From the NCBI RefSeq assembly GCF_000006765.1, contig NC_002516.2: DNA of 64,000 nt. One strand, given 5' to 3'. Of this stretch, positions 52,170 through 59,985 are shown piece after piece. The stretch's first letter is position 1, and every line of letters begins with the position of its first letter. This stretch comes from Pseudomonas aeruginosa PAO1. GTDB lineage: Bacteria > Pseudomonadota > Gammaproteobacteria > Pseudomonadales > Pseudomonadaceae. The notes beneath the pieces were generated by a model. The model was not told where the DNA came from. It saw nothing but the letters and a program-made list of their open reading frames with translations, and made no database searches. The position numbers and the translations under genes are program-made.

Positions 52170-52916
52170 GTGCGCCGGAGAAGTCTTGGTTTGTGCATCC
52201 TGCTGGGAGTCGGACAGGCCTTCGCCAGCGAGCTGCGCTGGGGCTTCAGCCCCGCCGACGGCATGCCCTATGTGGACATCGTCGATCACCAGCTGCAAGG
52301 CGGCTTCACCCGCCAGTTGGGGGAGCGGGTCGCGCAGCGGCTGGGATTGTCGCTGCGTTTCGTGGAAACGCCGAACCGAAGGATCGACGGCTTCATGGCC
52401 AGCGGACATATTCACGTGATCTGCAACTCCAACCCCGAATGGGATAGCAAACCCGAACGCTACCATTGGTCTCCTGCCCTCTTCGAAGAGCAGGACGTCC
52501 TCCTGCAGCGCGACGACCGTCCGGCGATCCGCGACTTCGCCGAGCTGCGCGGCAAGACCCTGGGTACAAGTCTAGGCTATGTCTACGCGGACGATCTCAT
52601 GCAGGCCTTCGCTGCCGGGGAAATTCGCCGCGAAGATACCCGCGACCTGGCCAGTCGCGTGCAGATGCTCAAGCGTTCGCGCCTGGACGCCGCGGTGGAC
52701 ATGCGCCGCCCGCTGCTCTACCTGACGCGCCAGCATCCCGAGCTGGGCCTGAGCGTCAGTCCGCTGGTACTGCAGAGCTATCGGATGCACTGCATCTATG
52801 GCGGACAACTGCCGGTCCCCGTCGAAAGTATGGACCGGGTGCTCGACGAGATGGTCAGGGACGGCAGCATCGGGCGCCTGCTGGAAAACAGCCTGCAAGC
52901 GCCTCAGGAACCCTGA
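52170..52916 (+). CDS. Stand-alone family-3-type substrate-binding protein
   Basis: GGAGG RBS before GTG 52170; signal peptide; LRGKTLGTSLGYVY. Confidence 0.8.
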   Translation: MRRRSLGLCILLGVGQAFASELRWGFSPADGMPYVDIVDHQLQGGFTRQLGERVAQRLGLSLRFVETPNRRIDGFMASGHIHVICNSNPEWDSKPERYHWSPALFEEQDVLLQRDDRPAIRDFAELRGKTLGTSLGYVYADDLMQAFAAGEIRREDTRDLASRVQMLKRSRLDAAVDMRRPLLYLTRQHPELGLSVSPLVLQSYRMHCIYGGQLPVPVESMDRVLDEMVRDGSIGRLLENSLQAPQEP

Positions 52917-53335
52917 ACGCGCTCCGCCCTGGGAGCCGGCAGCTCTCGCAGCGCCTGTTGCGTCTCGACGCCCTGGGCGTCGCGCCAGACCTTGAAGGCA
53001 TCCAGCTCGGCCTGCCAGCGACGCACTACCCAGGCCAGGACGGCGAGATCGTCGAGCAGGCCGACACCGAAGATGAAGTCGGGAACGATATCCACCGGCG
53101 AAAGGAAATAGGCCAGCGCCGCGATCACCGAGAGCAACGCCTGGCGGCTGAGTCCGCGGTATTCGCCGCGAACCCAGGCCACCAGCAGTTCCTGCAGCAG
53201 GCGCAGGTCGCTCTTCACCAGCTTCAGGCGCGAGCGCTTGCGTGCTACCGCAATCAACAAGGCGGGCACCCGGCCACGGGCCAGGAAACGTTCCGCGATC
53301 CCCAGGTAACGACTGAATCCTCGTGGTGCATCCAT
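52904..53335 (-). CDS. YkvA/DUF1232 membrane protein
   Basis: YFLSPVDIVPDFIFGVGLLDD signature. Confidence 0.9.
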   Translation of the reverse strand: MDAPRGFSRYLGIAERFLARGRVPALLIAVARKRSRLKLVKSDLRLLQELLVAWVRGEYRGLSRQALLSVIAALAYFLSPVDIVPDFIFGVGLLDDLAVLAWVVRRWQAELDAFKVWRDAQGVETQQALRELPAPRAERVQGS

Positions 53336-53377
53336 CCTTCCACCTCGCTCAAGCGCTTGCCGCCGAGGCTCTCCGGG

Positions 53378-53580
53378 TTATCCACGCATACTGTGGATAA
53401 CCTTGTGAACAGCCCCCCCTTCCGTCGGCGAGAAGCCCGTCGCTACAGGCTTTCCGACAGATCGGACACTTTTTAGACAATGCTCTAAAAGCATTGAAAA
53501 TCAAGGGTTTGACCTAGCGCAACGGACAACCCGAGGTCAATACCGTAGGTCGGGTCGACGTGCGACAAATGTGTGCATAA
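53378..53580. promoter_or_regulatory. DnaA-box cluster with Fis and IHF consensus sites (DARS/datA-like)
   Basis: TTATCCACG 53378-86, TGTGGATAA 53392-400, TGTGAACAG 53404-12, Fis-type GGACACTTTTTAGAC 53464-78, IHF AATCAAGGGTTTG 53499-511, TGTGCATAA 53572-80. Confidence 0.7.
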
Positions 53581-53654
53581 GGGTAACACCGGCCGTGCCC
53601 TCGACCTGTTTTCAGACCCTCGCGGCAGCGCCTGGGTTCAGCCGAATCCGCAAA

Positions 53655-53687
53655 TGAAAACGCCCCGTCATGGACGGGGCGTTTCAT
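53655..53687 (-). terminator. Intrinsic terminator of the FKBP gene
   Basis: AAACGCCCCGTC/GACGGGGCGTTT stem; TTTTCAT on the minus strand. Confidence 0.8.
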
Positions 53688-53704
53688 GCATCGCGGCGGA
53701 AAAA

Positions 53705-54466
53705 TTACTTCTTCGCGTCCGCCTTGGCTTCGGGCTGCGCTGCGGCACCGGCCTCGGGCTCCGCGTCCGGCTTGGACGGATCCTTGATGCCGAGCAGTTC
53801 CATGTCGAAGACCAGTACCGAGTTGGCCGGGATCGCCGGGCTCGGGCTCTGCGCGCCGTAGGCCAGCTCGCTGGGGATGTACAGCTTGATCTTCTCGCCG
53901 ACGTGCATCAGTTGCAGGGCTTCGACCCAACCCGGGATCACGCCGCTGACCGGCAGGTCGATCGGGCTGCCGCGCTCGATGGAGCTGTCGAAGACGGTGC
54001 CATCGGTCAGGCGGCCTTCGTAGTGGACGGTCACCACGTCGGTGGCCTTCGGTTGCGGGCCATCGGCCTTCTTCACGATTTCGTACTGGAGGCCGGAAGC
54101 GGTGGTGGTCACGCCGTCGCGCTTGCCGTTTTCCTCGAGGAATTTCTTGCCGGCCTTGGCGTTTTCGTCGCCGATGGCGGCCATCCGCTCCTCGGCACGT
54201 TTCTGCAGGAAGGCGAAGGCTTCGGTCAGCTCTTCATCGGTGAGCTGCTGCTTCTTCTTGCCGAGGGCGTCTTCGATGCCCTTGGCGACGGCTTTCGAAT
54301 CCAGGTCGTCCATGCCTTCCTGGGACAGGCTCTTGCCCATGTTCAGGCCGATACCATAGGAAGCTTTCTGCGCCGGGGTCTTCAACTCAACGTTGGTCTG
54401 CGAATCGCAGCCGGAGAGAACCAGACCGACCAGTGCGATCGCTGCTGCCAACCGATGTTGTTTCAT
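53705..54466 (-). CDS. fklB: FKBP-type PPIase lipoprotein (FkpA/Mip-like)
   Basis: Lipobox LSGC; ASYGIG, TASGLQY, VHYEGRL.DGTVFDSS, VIPGWVE. Confidence 0.88.
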   Translation of the reverse strand: MKQHRLAAAIALVGLVLSGCDSQTNVELKTPAQKASYGIGLNMGKSLSQEGMDDLDSKAVAKGIEDALGKKKQQLTDEELTEAFAFLQKRAEERMAAIGDENAKAGKKFLEENGKRDGVTTTASGLQYEIVKKADGPQPKATDVVTVHYEGRLTDGTVFDSSIERGSPIDLPVSGVIPGWVEALQLMHVGEKIKLYIPSELAYGAQSPSPAIPANSVLVFDMELLGIKDPSKPDAEPEAGAAAQPEAKADAKK

Positions 54467-54722
54467 GCTGAGTCCTTTAATCTGTTCGCCGCTCGGGCAT
54501 ATTCGATGAAGCCGCGAGCTTAGCAGGCTGTCGCGACCAGTGGCTATGGGCAATAGGAACAGGTGCGCGCGGATAAGTTCAAGGCCGAACTTTCCGAAAA
54601 ATGAAGGAGATAGCAGAACGAACGCGTGGAACGAGGACAGAAGAACAGTGGAAAGGAAGCGTCGAAAAAAGTCGAATTATGAAGCGGGAAGGAAGCGCAA
54701 GAGATACAGCTGAGGAAGGAAA

Positions 54723-54799
54723 TGGCGCAGCGGACGGGACTCGAACCCGCGACCCCCGGCGTGACAGGCCGGTATTCTAACCGACTGAACTACCGCTGC
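54723..54799 (-). tRNA. tRNA-Asp(GTC)
   Basis: GCAGCGGTAGTTCAGTCGGTTAGAATACCGGCCTGTCACGCCGG...GTTCGAG...CCA, 77 nt. Confidence 0.98.
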
Positions 54800-54815
54800 G
54801 CGTAACTTGCGAGAT

Positions 54816-54891
54816 TGGTGGGTGATGACGGGATCGAACCGCCGACCCTCTGCTTGTAAGGCAGATGCTCTCCCAGCTGAGCTAATCACCC
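54816..54891 (-). tRNA. tRNA-Val(TAC)
   Basis: GGGTGATTAGCTCAGCTGGGAGAGCATCTGCCTTACAAGCAGAGG...CCA, 76 nt. Confidence 0.98.
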
Positions 54892-54912
54892 TTCACTCTC
54901 GAAGTGGGGCGC

Positions 54913-54941
54913 ATTCTACGGAGCGATTTGGCCCCTGGCAA
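54913..54941 (-). promoter_or_regulatory. Sigma70 stable-RNA promoter
   Basis: TTGCCA-17 bp-TAGAAT with GC-rich discriminator GCGCCCC and an A/T-rich upstream element. Confidence 0.85.
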
Positions 54942-55055
54942 GCCCCTCGATGAAAAAAATTTTCTGCCGTTCCAAGGAGTTAGCGACGGACCGGGGTTGG
55001 CCTGAGCCGCCAGCGGCGGAATAATGGGTCCTTTGTGCCCGGAGAGAACGACCCC

Positions 55056-55976
55056 ATGTGGTTCCGCAATCTGCTCGTCTACCGCCTCACCCAGGATCTG
55101 CAACTGGATGCCGATTCCCTCGAGAAAGCCCTCGGCGAAAAATCCGCCCGCCCCTGCGCCAGCCAGGAGCTGACCACCTACGGCTTCACCGCGCCGTTCG
55201 GCAAAGGCCCGGACGCACCGCTGGTACACGTCAGCCAGGACTTCTTCCTGATCTCGGCACGCAAGGAAGAGCGCATCCTGCCGGGCAGCGTCGTGCGTGA
55301 CGCACTGAAGGAAAAGGTCGACGAGATCGAAGCCCAGCAGATGCGCAAGGTCTACAAGAAGGAACGCGACCAGTTGAAGGACGAGATCGTCCAGACCCTG
55401 CTGCCGCGCGCCTTCATCCGCCGCTCCAGCACCTTCGCCGCGATCGCGCCGAGCCTCGGCCTGATCCTGGTCGACTCGGCCAGCGCGAAGAAGGCCGAAG
55501 ACCTGCTCTCGACGCTGCGCGAAGCGCTCGGCTCCCTGCCGGTACGCCCGCTGAGCGTGAAGGTCGCGCCGACCGCGACCCTCACCGACTGGGTCAAGAC
55601 CCAGGAAGCCGCCGGCGACTTCCACGTGCTCGACGAATGCGAGCTGCGCGACACCCACGAGGACGGCGGCGTGGTCCGTTGCAAGCGCCAGGACCTGACC
55701 AGCGAGGAAATCCAGCTGCATCTCACCGCCGGCAAGCTGGTCACCCAGTTGTCCCTGGCCTGGTCGGACAAGCTGTCCTTCGTCCTCGACGACAAGCTGG
55801 CGGTCAAGCGCCTGCGCTTCGAAGACCTGCTGCAGGAGCAGGCGGAAAAGGACGGCGGCGAAGACGCCCTCGGCCAGCTCGATGCCAGCTTCACCCTGAT
55901 GATGCTGACCTTCGCCGAATTCCTTCCGGCGCTCTTCGAGGCCCTCGGCGGCGAAGAAATCCCCCAGGGCGTCTGA
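55056..55976 (+). CDS. rdgC: Recombination-associated protein RdgC
   Basis: [11 protein letters not shown]; KILP-type ERILPGSVV; LLPRAF; 306 aa. Confidence 0.96.
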   Translation: MWFRNLLVYRLTQDLQLDADSLEKALGEKSARPCASQELTTYGFTAPFGKGPDAPLVHVSQDFFLISARKEERILPGSVVRDALKEKVDEIEAQQMRKVYKKERDQLKDEIVQTLLPRAFIRRSSTFAAIAPSLGLILVDSASAKKAEDLLSTLREALGSLPVRPLSVKVAPTATLTDWVKTQEAAGDFHVLDECELRDTHEDGGVVRCKRQDLTSEEIQLHLTAGKLVTQLSLAWSDKLSFVLDDKLAVKRLRFEDLLQEQAEKDGGEDALGQLDASFTLMMLTFAEFLPALFEALGGEEIPQGV

Positions 55977-56062
55977 CGCCCCGCTCTCCCGGCGGCGCCC
56001 GCCGCTGGGAGAGTCGCGCCCGGCATGGCAGACTGGCGGCCGTCCAATAACAAGGAAAGCCC

Positions 56063-56998
56063 ATGCGTGCCCTGACCGCCCTGAGCCGCTTCGTCAGCGC
56101 CAGCTTCCCGTTCTGGGTCCTGCTGTTCGCCATCCTCGCCTTCTTCCGACCTGCCTGGTTCCTCCCGCTCACCGCAGCCATCGCGCCACTGCTCGGCCTG
56201 GTGATGTTCGGCATGGGCCTGACGCTCAAGGGCGAAGACTTCCGCGAGGTCGCCCGGCACCCCATACGGGTGCTGATCGGCGTGCTGGCCCAGTTCGTCA
56301 TCATGCCCGGCCTGGCCTGGTTGCTCTGCCGCCTGTTGCAGTTGCCGGCGGAGATCGCGGTGGGCGTGATCCTGGTCGGCTGCTGCCCCGGCGGCACCGC
56401 TTCCAACGTGATGACCTGGCTGTCCCGTGGCGATGTCGCCCTGTCGGTGGCGATCACCTCGGTGACCACCCTGCTCGCCCCGCTGGTCACGCCGGCGCTG
56501 GTCTGGCTGCTGGCTTCGGCCTGGCTGCCGGTGTCGTTCGCGGCAATGTTCCTGTCGATCCTCCAGGTGGTGCTGGTGCCCATCGCCCTCGGCCTGCTGG
56601 CACAGCGCCTGCTCGGCGAGCGCACCCGGCAGGTGGCGGAGGTGCTGCCGCTGGTCTCGGTATTCAGCATCGTGGTGATCATCGCCGCGGTGGTGGCCGC
56701 CAGCCAGGCGCGGATCGCCGAGTCCGGCCTGCTGATCATGGCCGTGGTGATGCTGCACAACGGCTTCGGCCTGTTGCTCGGCTATCTCACCGGCAAGCTG
56801 ACCGGCATGCCGCTGGCGCAGCGCAAGGCCCTGGCCATCGAAGTCGGCATGCAGAACTCGGGGCTCGGCGCGGCGCTGGCCAACGCCCATTTCTCGCCCC
56901 TGGCAGCGGTGCCCAGCGCGCTGTTCAGCGTCTGGCACAATCTCTCCGGTTCGCTGCTGGCCGCCCTGTTCCGGCGCCTGGATGATACGCCGCGTTGA
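56063..56998 (+). CDS. Bile acid:sodium symporter family transporter (PanS-like)
   Basis: [22 protein letters not shown]. Confidence 0.9.
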   Translation: MRALTALSRFVSASFPFWVLLFAILAFFRPAWFLPLTAAIAPLLGLVMFGMGLTLKGEDFREVARHPIRVLIGVLAQFVIMPGLAWLLCRLLQLPAEIAVGVILVGCCPGGTASNVMTWLSRGDVALSVAITSVTTLLAPLVTPALVWLLASAWLPVSFAAMFLSILQVVLVPIALGLLAQRLLGERTRQVAEVLPLVSVFSIVVIIAAVVAASQARIAESGLLIMAVVMLHNGFGLLLGYLTGKLTGMPLAQRKALAIEVGMQNSGLGAALANAHFSPLAAVPSALFSVWHNLSGSLLAALFRRLDDTPR

Positions 56999-57058
56999 AC
57001 TGGGTCCCGGTCGGGAAGCCTTGTCCCGACCGATGAACCATGCAAAATACCGCACGCA

Positions 57059-57112
57059 GTGAGGACGACCTCACCACCCGCCTCCGGCCGGTGATCGAAT
57101 GGGGACGGCCCC
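57059..57112 (+). ncRNA. Guanidine-II (mini-ykkC) riboswitch
   Basis: Two hairpins with ACGR loops: GTGAGG-ACGA-CCTCAC and GGGG-ACGG-CCCC, upstream of an SMR gene. Confidence 0.9.
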
Positions 57113-57137
57113 GCCACCCGTTGCCCTGGAGATCGCC

Positions 57138-57452
57138 ATGTCCTGGATCATCCTGTTTTTCGCCGGCCTGTTCGAAGTGGGCTGGGCCGTTGGTCTGAAA
57201 TACACCGAGGGCTTCAGCAAGCCGCTTCCCACGGTCCTCACGGCGCTCGCCATGCTGGTCAGCCTGGGCCTGCTCGGCCTGGCCATGAAGCACCTGCCGC
57301 TGGGCACCGCCTATGCCGTCTGGACCGGGGTCGGCGCGGTCGGCACGGTAATCGCCGGGATCGTCCTGTTCGGCGAATCCATGGCATTGCTGCGCCTGGC
57401 CAGCGTCGCGCTGATCGTCTGCGGACTGGTCGGCCTCAAGCTGAGCCATTAG
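57138..57452 (+). CDS. gdx: SMR guanidinium exporter Gdx (SugE)
   Basis: [31 protein letters not shown]; riboswitch upstream. Confidence 0.92.
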   Translation: MSWIILFFAGLFEVGWAVGLKYTEGFSKPLPTVLTALAMLVSLGLLGLAMKHLPLGTAYAVWTGVGAVGTVIAGIVLFGESMALLRLASVALIVCGLVGLKLSH

Positions 57453-57666
57453 ACATCCATCGAATATGCTCCGAGGGGTATCGCTTTCCGCAGTTTTATC
57501 GCGTACTCTGCGACCACTGTGCTTGCTTGGGTCACAGTGAATCGTGACCTGGTGTGGTAGATCTCGGTCCGCTCATCGCCTCGGCTCCTCGTACTCTTTG
57601 CAACTCAGTACCTACCGGCTCGGATATTCCCGTCGCCGCAATCAACTTTGTTTCAGGAGTTACACC

Positions 57667-57876
57667 ATGTCGAATCGTCAGAACGGCACCGTAAAATGGT
57701 TCAACGACGCCAAAGGCTTCGGCTTCATCACCCCGGAAAGCGGTAACGACCTGTTCGTTCACTTCCGTTCCATCCAGGGCACCGGCTTCAAGAGCCTGCA
57801 GGAAGGCCAGAAGGTTTCCTTCGTGGTCGTCAACGGCCAGAAAGGCCTGCAAGCCGACGAAGTACAAGTTGTCTAA
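57667..57876 (+). CDS. capB: Cold-shock protein
   Basis: [24 protein letters not shown]; long 5' leader. Confidence 0.92.
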   Translation: MSNRQNGTVKWFNDAKGFGFITPESGNDLFVHFRSIQGTGFKSLQEGQKVSFVVVNGQKGLQADEVQVV

Positions 57877-57889
57877 CTTGTAGTTCGCC

Positions 57890-57920
57890 AAAAAAAGCCC
57901 CGGCATCGCCGGGGCTTTTT
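57890..57920. terminator. Bidirectional intrinsic terminator
   Basis: A7-GCCCCGGC-ATC-GCCGGGGC-T5 between convergent genes. Confidence 0.9.
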
Positions 57921-57936
57921 CGTTTCTGCGGATCGA

Positions 57937-59811
57937 TCAGCGAGCTTCGCCGCGCAAGCTCGTCACCCGCGCCTGCAGGTCGAGGCGCTCCACCGCCCCC
58001 GGCGCCACCGATTCGCCGGCCACCAGGCTTACCCGCGACCACAGGCGGCGGAAGAAGCCCTTGTTCGGGTCGCGGCTGAAGAAGCTGCCCCACAGGCCCT
58101 GCAGCGCCATGGGGATCACCGGAACCGGGGTTTCCTCGATGATCCGCTCGATCCCGGCGCGGAACTCATTCATCTCGCCGTCGGCGGTCAGCTTGCCCTC
58201 AGGGAAGATGCACACCAGCTCCCCGTCCCTCAGGTAGTCGGCGATGCGCTGGAAGGCTCGTTCGTAGATCCCTTCGTCCTCGTGGCGCGCCGCTATGGGC
58301 ACCGCGCCGGCGGTGCGGAAGACGAAGTTGAGCACCGGCAGTGAGAAGATCCTGTAGTACATGACGAAGCGCACCGGCCGCCGGATCGAGCCGGCGATCA
58401 GCAGCGCGTCCACGTACGAGACGTGGTTGCACACCAGCACCGCCGCTCCCTCGTCCGGGATCGCCTCCAGGTTCACATGCCGGACCCGGTACATGGTGTG
58501 GCTGAGCAGCCAGACCAGGAAGCGCATGGTGAATTCCGGGACGATCTTGAAGATGTACACGTTCACCGCGACGTTCATCAGCGACAGGGCGAGGAACAGC
58601 TGCGGGATCGACAGCTTGGCGACGCTGAGGAAGAGGATCGAGACCAGCGCAGCGGCGACCATGAACAGGGCGTTGAGGATGTTGTTGGCGGCGATCACCC
58701 GGGCCCGCTTGTCCTCGTCGGTGCGTGCCTGGATCAGGGCGTACAGCGGTACGATATAGAAGCCGCCGAAAATGCCGATGAACAGGATGTCGGCCAGCAC
58801 CGCCCAGGTCTCATGGTGGCGCAGCACCGCCAGCCAGTCGTAGGGCGCCTCGCCTGGGGGAATGCCGCCGGCGTGCCACCAGAGGAGGATGCCGAAGACG
58901 GTCAGGCCGATCGAGCCGAACGGCACCAGGCCGATCTCCACCTTGCGACCGGAAAGCTTCTCGCACAGCATCGAGCCCAGCGCGATGCCCACCGAGAACA
59001 CGGTGAGGATCAGGGTTACCACGCTTTCGTCGCCGTGCAGCCATTCCTTGGCGAAGGTCGGGATCTGCGTCAGGTAGACCGCGCCGAGGAACCAGAACCA
59101 GGAGTTGCCCACCAGCGAGCGCGAGACCGCCGGGCGCTGGCCGAGCCCCAGGCGGAGGATGCTCCAGGACTGGGCGAAGATGTTCCAGTCGAGCTTCAAC
59201 CCCGGCAGCGCCGCCGCCGCTCGCGGAATGCCGCGGCTGGCCAGGTAGCCGCAGGCGGCCACCAGCACCACCGCGGTGGCCACCGCCGCCGCGTAATGCG
59301 CATGGGACATCAGCACGCCGGCGCCGATGGTGCCGGCCAGGATCGCCAGGAAGGTGCCCATCTCCACCAGCGCGTTGCCGCCGACCAGTTCGTCCTCGTG
59401 CAGGTGCTGGGGCAGGATCGAATACTTCACCGGGCCAAATAGCGCCGAGTGAGTGCCCATGGCGAACAGCGCGACGAACATCAGCGGCAGGCTGCCGAAG
59501 ACGAAGCCGGCAGCGCCGACCAGCATGATGCCTACCTCGGCCAGCTTCAGCGCGCGCATCAGCGCGTCCTTGTTGTACTTCTCGCCGAACTGTCCGCCCA
59601 GTGCCGAGAACAGGAAGAACGGCAGGATGAACAGCAGTGCGCAGAGGTTGACCAGCAGGCTGCGGTCGCCGCTGACGCTGAGGTGATAGAGGATGGCGAG
59701 GATCAGCGACTGCTTGAAGATGTTGTCGTTGAAGGCGCCGAGCAGCTGGGTGATGAAGAACGGCAGGAAACGCCGCTTGCCCAGCAGGGCGAATTGCGAA
59801 TGTTGGGTCAT
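57937..59811 (-). CDS. LplT-like MFS fused to a lysophospholipid acyltransferase
   Basis: LGAFNDNIFK, FGPVKYSILP; C-terminal NHVSYVD and FPEG. Confidence 0.9.
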   Translation of the reverse strand: MTQHSQFALLGKRRFLPFFITQLLGAFNDNIFKQSLILAILYHLSVSGDRSLLVNLCALLFILPFFLFSALGGQFGEKYNKDALMRALKLAEVGIMLVGAAGFVFGSLPLMFVALFAMGTHSALFGPVKYSILPQHLHEDELVGGNALVEMGTFLAILAGTIGAGVLMSHAHYAAAVATAVVLVAACGYLASRGIPRAAAALPGLKLDWNIFAQSWSILRLGLGQRPAVSRSLVGNSWFWFLGAVYLTQIPTFAKEWLHGDESVVTLILTVFSVGIALGSMLCEKLSGRKVEIGLVPFGSIGLTVFGILLWWHAGGIPPGEAPYDWLAVLRHHETWAVLADILFIGIFGGFYIVPLYALIQARTDEDKRARVIAANNILNALFMVAAALVSILFLSVAKLSIPQLFLALSLMNVAVNVYIFKIVPEFTMRFLVWLLSHTMYRVRHVNLEAIPDEGAAVLVCNHVSYVDALLIAGSIRRPVRFVMYYRIFSLPVLNFVFRTAGAVPIAARHEDEGIYERAFQRIADYLRDGELVCIFPEGKLTADGEMNEFRAGIERIIEETPVPVIPMALQGLWGSFFSRDPNKGFFRRLWSRVSLVAGESVAPGAVERLDLQARVTSLRGEAR

Positions 59812-59985
59812 CGTCCTTGTTACCTTGCGTGGCCGCCGAAAGGAAGCCCGTCATCGATTGGACTGCATGGACCGCGGATCAGGCCACAGCGTTCCGATGG
59901 AAATTCCGCGCCCATCATAGAACAGGCGTCCGCGTTACCGCAGGACGCCTGTCGTCGGACGATGCGCCAAGTCGCATCCGAATAT

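Noticed and set aside
53378-53580. DnaA boxes as oriC
   Set aside because: Few boxes, no dnaA/rnpA/gidA context and no clear 13-mer unwinding element.
54723-54891. tRNA genes as an island or prophage attachment site
   Set aside because: No integrase and no duplicated tRNA 3' end; flanks are housekeeping genes.
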